DNA from: Macrostomum hystrix
Taxonomy: Eukaryota; Animalia; Platyhelminthes
Assembly (NCBI GenBank): GCA_950097015.1
Contig: CATNEN010000001.1
Span: 18,476,001-18,540,000, forward strand
Direction: 5' to 3'
Length of the DNA stretch: 64,000 bases
Shown: piece by piece, positions 47,587 to 59,315 of the stretch
Position numbering within the stretch: the stretch's first letter is position 1
Layout: each line of letters starts with the position of its first letter
Program-made: the position numbers and the translations under genes
Notes under the pieces: generated by a model
What the model saw: the letters and a program-made list of their open reading frames with translations, nothing else
Told to the model about the DNA's origin: nothing
Databases searched by the model: none

Positions 47587-50500
47587 ATGCCAAAAGAGTT
47601 TCAGCATTTGCCTAGTCATTCCTATCCTATTAATTATGACCTCAATCTGGCATTGAATCTCAAGGAGATGGACTTCTTTGGACAGGTTAAAATTACAGTA
47701 AAAGTAAGCTTTGCAAAAATATTCTGAATTATTGCTGTTATGTTATTGCTGTTAAACATCATGCTAACAAACATTTTAGATTGTTGAAGACACAGATGTT
47801 TTGATTCTTAATTGTTTAGATTTGTCAGTTAATTCTGCTGATTTTAATGGTGGTAAGCAAGAAATTATTAATCTATTTAATATACACCACTTTTAAGAGT
47901 GTATTATTACAAAAACAAGTATCAATTTTATAAACTGCTTTCACAGTACCAGCGGACAGCATCACTTATGGCAGTGAATCAGAGCAGACTCTGGTGTTAA
48001 AATTTCCCAATAAGCTTCTAGATTTATGCATGGAAACTACAAAGTTATCAACTGGTTGTCTCTGTGTGACTTACTCTGGCCAACTGAGCAATCATCTGCG
48101 AGGATTCTATCATTCTATACAGAGGAATGGCAGTGATGCAGGCATTGGCGATACACCCTGTGCCCTGACTATGCTATGCCCCACTGAGGCTAGAAGACTG
48201 TTGCCGTGCTGGGATGAGCCACAGCTGAAGGCCACTTTTCAGGTAAAAATTAGCCAGACTTAAAGATAAGCAAGCAGATCAGAACAAACAATTATTGTTG
48301 GCTGCTGATAGTTTAGGTATGAAAATTAAACAATATAATATAAATTACAATCACTTACAGCTTGTAATATTATTCTGAGCAATTCACTGAATCCAAAAAT
48401 TGTCAATACTAATTTTCAACATATGCTACTCACAGTAGAAATAATAGAATATTGCATTTACCTTTAGTAAAGGCATTTGAGGTAAAAAAATTAATATTGG
48501 GAATACAAAAAACCAATTGCAGGTCGATCTGCTTTTGTCCCGCTGGGATCCTGGTTTGACGGTGTTATCAAACATGCCGGAAGACCAAGAGCGGTCTCCA
48601 AGTGATTCATCATCTTCAGGCGAATTCAAATGTTTCAGATTTGCTAAAACGCCACCGATGTCCACTTATCTGCTGGCTATTGTTGTAGGCCGATTCGATC
48701 GCATTGAAACTGTCTGTCAGGACGGAGTTCTGCTCAGAGTGTTCACTCCGCTGGGAAGGTGAGAATATGGGTCATTCGGTCGGACTATGACCACGTGTTT
48801 TTTAACGTATATCTAAATGACCGATAAGATGACCATTAAGAATGAGAATTAAATGACTGATAAAATGTCTGTCAGGGGGTTGTAGCCTAGTGGTTAGAGC
48901 GTCGGACTCGCGGCTTGAAGGTCGTGGGTTCGATTCCCGACCTCAGCTGGAACAATTTGTGTCTATTAGCAAGACACACTTAACTCTGCATTTCCCCAGT
49001 TAAGCCGGCTGTAGCTGGGGTAATTCAGGGTGTGTGTAATAATATAAAAAAATAATAATTGCAGGACGGCTGCAAGCAATGGCACATCATTTAGTGACAC
49101 CAGTACCCGCAACCAGCGAGGAGGCAATTCTGCCCATTTCGCTGACTCCTGAGCACAGGCTCACACAGGTGTGTACATCTGCCCTGACTTTCTCATCGTC
49201 AGGCAGTGTACACTCTCACTGTGCCTTGGAGGTCGGCCCTCAAGGGCTTAAATTGCACGACAAGCCCCCAAGCCTTCTCTCCGCGGCTGCGCCCCAAATA
49301 AATGTGGCCTCGCCGCGGAATCGAACTAAGGGACCGTGGCGTCAGAGGCAAACGCGTTAATCGCTCTGCCACCGACCGCCTCAGGGTGGGTTTGACTTCC
49401 CCGCCCCCCCCCAGTCCATGGACTGAACAGCCGTACGAGACTTCAGATGCGCCGCGCAATAGCTGCGGCTGTGCTGTCGGCTGCACATCTGGCCTGATTG
49501 GGGCGGGTGCAATCAATTAATCATATTGTGACTAATTAGGTATTCCTTAAAGAATGTGACCAATTACAACCCCTAGCTATTATCAACAAAATGAAAATTT
49601 GCCCAGACAATCGGACGGTCAATTCGCTCTGGATGTTGCCAAGAAAAGTTTGCAATTCTATGTCGAGCTATTCGGCATCGCTTATCCCCTGCCCAAGCTC
49701 GACCTCGTAGCAGTGCCGGAGCTTGCCGTTGGTGCCATGGAGAACTGGGGCCTCGTCACCTACAGAGAAGCCATGCTGCTCATCGATGCCAACTCGAGCA
49801 AAGTCAGCATGGAGACCGTGGCTCTGGTGGTTGGTCACGAAGTGGCTCATCAGTGGTTTGGCAATCTGGTCACCATGCAGTGGTGGACCCAGCTATGGCT
49901 GAATGAAGGCTTTGCATCCTGGATCGAGTACCTGTGCATCGATCATTGTTATCCAGAGTTCGACGTGTGGACTCGATTTATAAGGAACGACTTCTCCAAG
50001 GCTTTGGAATTGGACTGCCTGGACAATAGCCACCCGATCGAGGTGGGTCATTTGCGTGTCCTGATGGGATATTTATTCCACTGGAGTGCACGAGATAGTC
50101 AGATCCAAATGGGATATTATCCCCATTAAAGTACACGAGATGGTCACATCCCATTAGGATATTTATCCCACCCGAAGGAACAACATTTTCATATCCTAAT
50201 GGGATATTTATCCCAATTGAGTGTAGTAAAGGGTCGGATCCCAATGGGATCTTTATCCCAATTGAGTGTACTGAATAGTTAGATCCCAATGGGGATATTT
50301 ATCCCAATTTAGTGTATTAGATAGTCGGATCCCATAAATATCCCATAAACAACATTTTCAGATCCTAATGAGATATTTATCCCAATTGAGTGTAGTAAAT
50401 AGTCGTATCCCAATGGGATATTTATCCCACTTGAAGAAAATCGGATCCTGATCCAAATGAGATGTTTATCCTACATGATCATACTACTAGTCTTATCCCT

Positions 50501-53500
50501 ATCCCAATGGGATATTTATTCTAATTCCAATACAGCAGCAGTAATTTGCCAAGGTTTATTACACTGGGAGTTAAATCAACTATTTTGTAATCAATCAATC
50601 AATCTAATCCCAAAATATCCCCCATCGTCAGGTTGACGTCGGCCACCCGGACGAAATCGACGAGATGTTCGACGCCATCAGCTATTCGAAGGGCGCCTCG
50701 ATCATCCGCATGCTGCACGCCTGGCTTGGGCATGAGGCATTCCGCAACGGCTTGCGGGACTACCTGAAGACTCATTGCTATGGCAACGCAACCACTGCGG
50801 ACTTGTGGAGGGCGCTGTCCCTGGCCTCTGGGAAGCCGGTGAGTTTCGACTGCTCATCTGAGCACAACTGTAGGAAAATGACCAACCGAATGCCCTGTGA
50901 AATGTCTGGGTAATGACCTATCGAATGACCTTTTAAAAAGTGTGGGTAATTACCAATCAAATGACCCTGTGAAATGTCTGGGTAATTACCAGGCCTGGGG
51001 CCTGGAGAACTGGGGCCCTTTGAAATGAATGAAATGAAATGAATGACCCTTTGAAAAGTGTGGGTAATGACCAACTGAATGACCGTTTGAAAAGTGTGGG
51101 TAATGACCAACCGAATGACCCTTTGAAAAGTGTGGGTAATGACCAACGGAATGACCCTTTGAAAATTGTGGGTAATGACCAACCGAATGACCTTTCGAAA
51201 TAATGGGCAAGGACTCGAAAATCACTCATGAAATTCAGTGTCAAAGACCGGTCAATAAAAATAAATAAAAAAAGACATTTGAGATACTCAGAGTCACTGA
51301 TCAGTTGCACCTAAGCACACAATATTACTTCTAGTAGTAACTACTGCGCTTTTTCACCCAATCAGGTCGAGCGGGTCATGCACGCCTGGGTGAGGCGGAA
51401 AGGCTTTCCTGTGATCTCAGCCAGCCTGGAACACCTGCCAGCTTCAAAGCTAAGCGAAGCTCAACTGGATGGAGACTCGGCTGTGACGAAGGCTGCTCAG
51501 CCATTGGCCAGGAGGCTACAGCTGAGACTGCGTCAGTCCAGGTTTCGTACGGCCGGACAGACGGTCGAGTCAGCTCAGGAAGTTGGCGACAACACCGAGC
51601 TGGATGCTGAGTCTGGTGTAAGCAGGGTCAGTGCTAGAAATACTGATAGAGGTGTAATGGAATCCCAAAAGTACTGTAATATAATCCTAATAGTTCTGTA
51701 ATGGAATCCTAATAGTATTGTAATATAATCCTAATAGTGCTGTAATATAATCCTAATAGTTCTGTAATGGAATCCTAATAGTACTGTAATATAATCCTAA
51801 TAGTGCTGTAATATAATCCTAATAGTTCTGTAATATAATCCTAAAATTTCTGTAATATAATCCTAAAAGTTCTGTAATATAATCCTAATAGTTCTGTAAT
51901 ATAATCCTAATAGTTCTGTAATATAATCCTAAAAGTTCTGTAATATAATCCTAATAGTTCTGTAATATAATCCTAACAGTACTGTAGTATAATCCTAATA
52001 GTGCTGTAATATAATCCTAATAGTGCTGTAATATAATCCTAATAGTTCTGTAATATAATCCTAATAGTTCTGTAATGGAATCCTAATAGTAATTAATGGA
52101 ATCCTAATAGTTCTGTAATGGAATCCTAATAGTAGTTAATGGAATCCTAATAGTATTGTAATAGAATCCTAATAGTACTGTAATAGAATACTCAGAAGTG
52201 TAACCCTAACCCTAATCAGAAGTGTAATGCAACCCTAATCAGAAGTGAATACAACCCTAATCAGAAGTGTAATACAACCCTAATCAGAAGTGAATGCAAC
52301 CCTAATCAGAAGTGTAATGCCACCCCAATCAGACTCTCACCAGCGGTCAGCGGCAAGCCAAGATGGCCAAGCTGTCGAACATGCCGGAGCATGTTTGGCG
52401 AGTTCCGCTGGAGGTTCAGCTGTCCTGCGAATCAGAGCCGAGAAGAATCTTGCTCGAATCCGGCGAGCAGGTGTACCCGCTGCCTGACGAGCTGACTGCT
52501 GAAAACGGCGACAGCTGGCTGAAGATCAACTGGCAGTGCGTGGGCGTGTACCGCGTTGACTACTCGGATCAGATGCTGGACAGTTTGGTGAATGCTTTGA
52601 AACAAGGCAAGCTGGACCAGAAAGATCGTTTCAACCTTCAGAGCGACCTGTTCGCATTGGCTGCTTACGGAAAGGTTGGTCAGCACGGGTGGGTCGGTGG
52701 CAGAGCGGTTAACGCGTTTGCCTCTCGCACCAAGGTCCCTGAGCTCGATTCCGCGACGAGGCCACATTCGATTGGGGCGCAGCCGCGGAGAGAAGGCTTG
52801 TGGGCTTGTCGTGCAATTCACACCTTTGAGGGCCGACCTCCAAGGCACAGTGATAGTGTACACTGCCTGACGATGAGAAAGTCGGCAGATGTACACACCT
52901 GTGTGAGCGTGTGTGGTCAGGAGTCAGCGACATGGGCAGAATTGCCTCCTCGCTGCCATTGCCCGCAGCCGTCCTGCAATTATTATTACTATTATCGACC
53001 GCATGGGGTTCGGTTGAGTGAGGATTCGAACTCAGGACCTCTGTATTTCCTATAATTGATTTCTTCGTTTCCCAAACCAGCTAGTGACCACTCGAGTCCT
53101 GGACATTGTGAAGGCCTATCGGTGCGAGTGCTACTATACTGTGTGGTGCGATCTGCTAGCCAACCTAGGCAGTGTTCAGGTGCTAGCTGATCAGCTCAGC
53201 CTAACTCAAGCCTGGCACAGTTTCCTGTGCTATCTGTGCCGTCCCGCTTTCCAGCGACTCGGCTGGGACCCACGACCCGGCGAAGGACACGACGCCGGCC
53301 TTCTGCGCGGCCTGCTGATCGCCTACCTGGGCCAAGCCGGTGAGCCTAAGATTGTCCGAGAAGCTCTGGCCAGGTTCGGCAGGCATGCCACCGGCCACAC
53401 TCGACTGGAGCCGGACATTCGCGCCGGCGTGTACTCGACTGCGGCCAGGCATGGCGGGCCTCGAGTGTTTCAGCAGCTCCTGGACCTGCTTGATGCCGGC

Positions 53501-54662
53501 CAGACAGGAGCCGGAGCTGCTAGAAACAATTCTTCGGAGGAGGAGTTGAGAATCTTGAGAGCTTTGGGGAACACGGAAGATCCCGGAGAGGTGAGTTTTG
53601 CTGCTCCAATTACTCAACTAGGTCACTGCATCCTACTCAAAATAGTAATCACCTACTCAAAATAGTAATCACCTACTCAAATTAGTAAGCACCTACTCAA
53701 ATTAGTAATCACCTACTCAAATTAGTTATCACCTACTCAAATTAGTAATCACCTAATCAAAATAGTAATCACCTATCAAATTAGTAATCACCTATCAAAT
53801 TAGTAATCACCTACTCAAATTAGTAATCACCTACTCAAATTAGTAATCACCTATCAAATTAGTAATCACCTACTCAAATTAGTAATCACCTACTCAAAAT
53901 AGTAATCACCTACTCAAATTAGTAATCACCTACTCAAAATAGTAATCACCTACTCAAATTAGTTATCACCTACTCAAATTAGTAATCACCTACTCAAATT
54001 AGTAATCACCTACTCAAAATAGTAATCACCTACTCAAAATAGTTATAAAAAACTATTTTTTAAAATAGTCAATCAAATCACTGTCAGACTACTCAAATCA
54101 ACTACAGAATACTTAAATCAATGTCAGACTACTCAAGTCAATGTCAGACTACTCAAGTCAATGTTAGACTACTCAAGTCAATGTCAGACTACTCAAATCA
54201 ATGTCAGACTACCCAAATCAATGCACAATGACCGCTTTTACTCAGGTTCAGCGAGTTCTTGAGCTGTCAATCAGCGATCGGGTTCGCCAGCAGGACTCGC
54301 CGTCCATCATCTGCGCTCTGTGCGCCTGCGGCGGCTTGAAGTCGCGCCGTTTAGCCTGGCAATTCGTCAAAGATCGCTGGTCATTTCTAGTCAATCGCTA
54401 CTCGGGCATGTTCCTACTGCAGCGCCTGGTTCTCGGTGTGTGCTCAGGCCTGTGCTCAGCTGAGGACGCTGACGACCTGCGCCAATTCTTTGCCAGCCAC
54501 GCGGCACCGTCAGCTAGCAGGTCGGTGCGGCAGGCCTTGGAGACTGTACAGCTCAGAGCGAAACTGCTCAGTCAGGACGGTGAGCACATTGCTCAGTACC
54601 TGGCCAGTCTCCAAGCTGCTGCTAGCGATGACACAGATGACACAACCGACCCGCTGCCCTAG
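47587..54662 (+). CDS. NPEPPS: Puromycin-sensitive aminopeptidase-like M1 zinc metallopeptidase; exons 47587-47703, 47780-47852, 47947-48242, 48523-48758, 49607-50042, 50632-50838, 51366-51617, 52333-52674, 53081-53590, 54246-54662 (about 961 aa)
   Basis: GAMENWGLVTYRE, HEVAHQWFGNLVTMQWWTQLWLNEGFASW (HEXXH-X18-E), FDAISYSKGASIIRML, TPPMSTYL, ERAP1_C-like C-terminus. All junctions are GT-AG and phase-consistent. Confidence 0.88.
48874..49050 (+). mobile_element. tRNA-derived SINE family B (CORE-like domain)
   Basis: gtagcctagtggttagagcg...ggttcgattcccg, then tgtgtctattagcaagacacacttaactctgc, and an A-rich tail. Confidence 0.72.
49055..49378 (-). mobile_element. SINE family A, near full length (PSA intron 4)
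   Basis: Reverse complement matches 32914-33238; (ATT)n tail. Confidence 0.82.
50058..50520. repeat. Degenerate repeat with atcccaatgggat palindromic core (PSA intron 5)
   Basis: Recurrent gatcccaatgggatatttatcccaattgagtg. Confidence 0.75.
50878..51200. repeat. 36-bp minisatellite (PSA intron 6)
   Basis: Unit aatgaccaaccgaatgaccctttgaaaagtgtgggt. Confidence 0.85.
51654..52330. repeat. 22-bp minisatellite plus short related array (PSA intron 7)
   Basis: Units gtaatataatcctaatagttct and aaccctaatcagaagtgtaat. Confidence 0.92.
52690..52995 (+). mobile_element. SINE family A (PSA intron 8)
   Basis: ggtcggtggcagagcggttaacgcgtttgcctctcgcaccaaggtccctgagctcgattcc ... ctgcaattattattactatta. Confidence 0.82.
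53628..54222. repeat. Two 20-bp minisatellites (PSA intron 9)
   Basis: Units cacctactcaaattagtaat and atgtcagactactcaagtca. Confidence 0.92.
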
Positions 54663-54794
54663 ACTCTTCATTTAGCTGCTGTGACATTTCCTGTATTTTA
54701 GATTTTAATGTACATTCGATTGCTCAGATTTAAATACACATTATATGACTCTGACTCACTAAAATAAACAACAAACACTCGACGATTTATTGTG

Positions 54795-55075
54795 GAATGT
54801 ACATTCGATTACTCAGTTCAGAATGTACACTCGACTCATTACAGAATGTACATTTGATGACTCATTACAGAATGTACATTTGATGACTCATTACAGAATG
54901 TACACTCGATAAATCATAGAATGTACACTCGATGACTCATCTCAGATTGTACACTCGATGACTCATCACAGATTGTACACTCGATGACTCATTACAGAAT
55001 GAACACTCGATGACTCATTACAGAATGAACACTCGATGACTCATTACAGAATTTAAACTCGGTGACTCATTAATT
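54795..55075. repeat. About 26-bp minisatellite
   Basis: Unit gaatgtacactcgatgactcattaca. Confidence 0.85.
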
Positions 55076-55643
55076 ACAGAATGTTTATTCCATTCGATCA
55101 TTCGTAACGTAAAGTAAATTTTAAGATAATAATTTATAATAATGAGCATCTGCAATGTACATTTGATGATCTATTAAAAAAGTATTTAATTCCTTGCTTG
55201 GCCCAGTATAAAATGCTAGTTTGATGCTACGAGCGGACACTGCTTATAATAGGTGCTTAAATATGCTCTATTTTTTCACTCCTAGCCCAAACGACTGTCT
55301 CCTGTTCTGAATTATAAGTTTTTGGTTGTTAATAAGCTTTGCCATGTTTACTCTGTGCACAACTGTTGATATTTGTGTAACATTGAATTCATGCTGCATA
55401 ATATACAGATAAATTCCAAATTGTTTGGGTCAATGAGGAAATGCTCTAAACTTGTTGAATTACTCGTAAGGTTTTTTAATAACACTATGAGATTTACAAT
55501 AAGCTTTCTGAGCCGTCTAATCAGTTAGGATTAGCGTTAAATTTTGATATAAATTATGATGTGCCACTTCATGTGACTTTTATCTCTATTGTGTGCACCA
55601 TTATTCTCTCTAGTTTTATCTCCCCTCAATTCCATCCTGCCTA

Positions 55644-55865
55644 AGGCAGAGCGGCTAACGCGTTCGCCTCTCGCACCATGAGGTTCTTGCAATTTACGCC
55701 TTTGCGGGCCAACCTCCAAGGCACGAGAAGTCAGGGCAGATGTACACACCTGTGTGAGCCTGTGCTCAGGAGTCAGCGAAATGGGCAGAATGGGCCCCCT
55801 CGCTGGTTGCGGGTACTAATGTCACTAAACGATGTGCCATTGCCCGCAGCCCTCCTGCCCGCAGC
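55644..55865 (+). mobile_element. SINE family A with internal deletion
   Basis: Head, body and 3' stem-loop match; B-box region is deleted. Confidence 0.75.
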
Positions 55866-56517
55866 CCGCAACATGGGGTTCGGTTGAGTGCGGATTCGAA
55901 CACAGGACCTCTGTATTTCAAATAATTGTATTCCCAAACCAGCTAGTGACCACTCGAGTCCTGGACATTCCCTCCCTTCTCATCTCTCTCCCTCTATTAT
56001 CTCCTGTTCCGTCCCGTCTCTCAGTAATCTTTATAATCAATTTAATATCATCTACGCTCGTATATCAATCTAAAGAGTTTTAATAAATAACGAACACAAA
56101 GAACAGCGGCCCAGCAAACACTTGTTTAGTCAAGCAGATAATAGAAGGCATTTAAACACAATCTCAGACAATTTCTGAGTTGTTTCCATTTTCATCTTTT
56201 TCTCAGATGAAGCGACAGTAAAGAAAAAAGGAGGAGAGAAAATGTTAAATTAAATTAGCAATTAGGCGGAAACAGAAATGATCTTTCAGCAAAAACACTA
56301 GCTTTCGAGAAATCTAAAAACATGTATGTGGTGCATATGCATTCGGCCTACAATTAACAAGCAAATATAAGTGACGACGCTAAAAAAATACGCAAACAAA
56401 CAATGAGTACATAAAATAATTACTAACGAGGGTGTAACTCACGTTAACGGTTGGATTTGGAGTCTGAAAAATCTGCTTATATGTATAGGAGTTTTAAAAA
56501 ACACACGACTGAAGTGT

Positions 56518-57680
56518 TTGAGTTAATAGCGAAGAGTTTGAGTTGTTAGAGAAGAGTTTGAGTTGTTAGAGAAGAGTTTGAGTTGTTAGAGAAGAGTCTG
56601 AGTTGTTAGAGAAGAGTCTGAGTTGTTAGAGAAGAGTCTGAGTTGTTAGAGAAGAGTTTGAGTTGTTAGAGAAGAGTTTGAGTTGTTAGAGAAGAGTTTG
56701 AGTTGTTAGAGAAGAGTTTGAGTTGTTAGAGAAGAGTTTGAGTTGTTAGAGAAGAGTTTGAGTTGTTAGAGAAGAGTTTGAGCTGTTAGAGAAGAGTCTG
56801 AGTTGTTAGAGAAGAGTTTGAGTTGTTAGAGAAGAGTTTGAGTTGTTAGAGAAGAGTTTGAGTTGTTAGAGAAGAGTCTGAGTTGTTAGAGAAGAGTTTG
56901 AGTTGTTAGAGAAGAGTTTGAGTTGTTAGAGAAGAGTTTGAGTTGCTAGAGAAGAGTCTGAGTTGTTAGAGAAGAGTCTGAGTTGTTAGAGAAGAGTTTG
57001 AGTTGTTAGAGAAGAGTTTGAGCTGTTAGAGAAGAGTTTGAGTTGTTAGAGAAGAGTTTGAGTTGTTAGAGAAGAGTTTGAGTTGTTAGAGAAGAGTTTG
57101 AGTTGATAGAGAAGAGTTTGAGTTGTTAGAGAAGAGTTTGAGTTGTTAGAGAAGAGTTTGAGTTGATAGAGAAGAGTCTGAGTTGTTAGAGAAGAGTCTG
57201 AGTTGTTAGAGAAGAGTTTGAGTTGTTAGAGAAGAGTCTGAGCTGTTAGAGAAGAGTTTGAGTTGTTAGAGAAGAGTTTGAGTTGTTAGAGAAGAGTTTG
57301 AGTTGTTAGAGAAGAGTTTGAGCTGTTAGAGAAGAGTTTGAGTTGTTAGAGAAGAGTTTGAGTTGTTAGAGAAGAGTTTGAGTTGTTAGAGAAGAGTTTG
57401 AGTTGATAGAGAAGAGTTTGAGTTGTTAGAGAAGAGTTTGAGTTGTTAGAGAAGAGTTTGAGTTGATAGAGAAGAGTCTGAGTTGTTAGAGAAGAGTCTG
57501 AGTTGTTAGAGAAGAGTTTGAGTTGTTAGAGAAGAGTCTGAGCTGTTAGAGAAGAGTTTGAGTTGTTAGAGAAGAGTTTGAGTTGTTAGAGAAGAGTTTG
57601 AGTTGTTAGAGAAGAGTTTGAGTTGTTAGAGAAGAGTCTGAGTTGTTAGAGAAGAGTTTGAGTTGTTAGAGAAGAGTTTT
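56518..57680. repeat. 20-bp minisatellite
   Basis: Unit agttgttagagaagagtttg. Confidence 0.97.
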
Positions 57681-58059
57681 TAGCGACTTATTTACTAGAG
57701 GTTTTTATCGAGAGAGACTCAAACTTATAAGCACCTACGGCTGGGGATAAAAATATGCCCGTTTGGGATTTTAAGCGCAGCTGCGACCTAGCAACGAATT
57801 AAACAAATCAAAGGAAACGGCTATTTTTTGTTAACATTTTCTTCTACGCTGCAATTCAATGATAATCCCGAGTTCGCTTCCAAGACAATTAAAGAAACAT
57901 GCAAAATAGGATAAATAAACAAGACACACAAAACGTACTTGGCATGTAAGCAATCAACCTGCTGGCCATTTTAAATTTAGAGAAGCATTCTTACTGTACT
58001 CGCCAGTACTCGAATACAAAATAATTAACTGAAACAATAATTGACAAATGTGATTTCAC

Positions 58060-58866
58060 CAGTGGGATCAAAGTGTCAGAATGGGATTTCAACAGTGGGA
58101 TCAAAATGTCAGTGGGATCAAAGTGTCAGGATGGGATTTCAACAGTGGGATCAAAGTGTCAGAATGGGATTTCAACAGTGGGATCAAAGTGTCAGAGTGG
58201 GATTTCAACAGTGGGATCAAAGTGTTAGAGTGGGATTTCAACAGTGGGATCAAAGTGTCAGAGTGGGATTTCAACAGTGGGATCAAAGTGTCAGAGTGGG
58301 ATTTCAACAGTGGGATCAAAGTGTTAGAGTGGGATTTCAACAGTGGGATCAAAGTGTCAGAGTGGGATTTCAACAGTGGGATCAAAGTGTTAGAGTGGGA
58401 TTTCAACAGTGGGATCAAAGTGTCAGAGTGGGATTTCAACAGTGGGATCAAAGTGTCAGAGTGGGATTTCAACAGTGGGATCAAAGTGTTAGAGTGGGAT
58501 TTCAACAGTGGGATCAAAGTGTCAGAGTGGGATTTCAACAGTGGGATCAAAGTGTCAGAGTGGGATTTCAACAGTGGGATCAAAGTGTCAGAATGGGATT
58601 TCAACAGTGGGATCATAGTGTCAGAGTGGGATTTCAACAGTGGGATCATAGTGTCAGAGTGGGATTTCAACAGTGGGATCATAGTGTCAGAGTGGGATTT
58701 CAACAGTGGGATCATAGTGTCAGAGTGGGGTTTCAACAGTGGGATCAAAGTGTCAGAGTGGGATTTCAACAGTGGGATCATAGTGTCAGAGTGGGGTTTC
58801 AACAGTGGGATCAAAGTGTCAGAGTGGGATTTCAACAGTGGGATCATAGTGTCAGAATGGGATTTC
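58060..58866. repeat. 33-bp minisatellite
   Basis: Unit gtgggatcaaagtgtcagagtgggatttcaaca. Confidence 0.96.
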
Positions 58867-59315
58867 GGTAGTATGATAATCTGAAACTTTCTTTCAATAA
58901 ACTTTAATAAAAATTGACGCAACAGCAAATTAAGCCGACAGATAAGGGTCCTTACCATTTGTCTGAATATTAAATAATGATAACTGAGACACTGAAAGAC
59001 ACTAAACTGATTTAAATAACCACGTGTGTGAGAGTTGGTGCAAATAAAAATGACATCAAATCAAGAGAGCGCTAGATAACGTGTGCTAGAAATGAATCAC
59101 TACAGGCAGTTATGCGACTCCTACTCATGAATGAAAACATGTTATGAAATTCTATTTCTGACATGAGCAGCGACTGTTTTATGATCATTATGAGCTGACA
59201 GCTGAGCCTTCCAAATATAGGCGTAACAGCACTGCAGATCTCCTTCACACACTGAAGAGATATGGGATAGAATAATCGAACACGACAATGACCCAAATGA
59301 CGCTTAGGGTAGTGT

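Noticed and set aside
48874-48946. Possible tRNA gene
   Set aside because: Acceptor and anticodon stems pair poorly; it is followed by a CORE-like body and has a diverged second copy at 45432, so it is a SINE head.
52200-52216. Interstitial telomeric repeat (taaccc)2
   Set aside because: Only two units, embedded in a local minisatellite containing aaccctaat.
52855-52896. Hammerhead ribozyme core (CTGACGA...GAAA) in SINE-A
   Set aside because: No room for stems II and III; the region folds as a simple hairpin.
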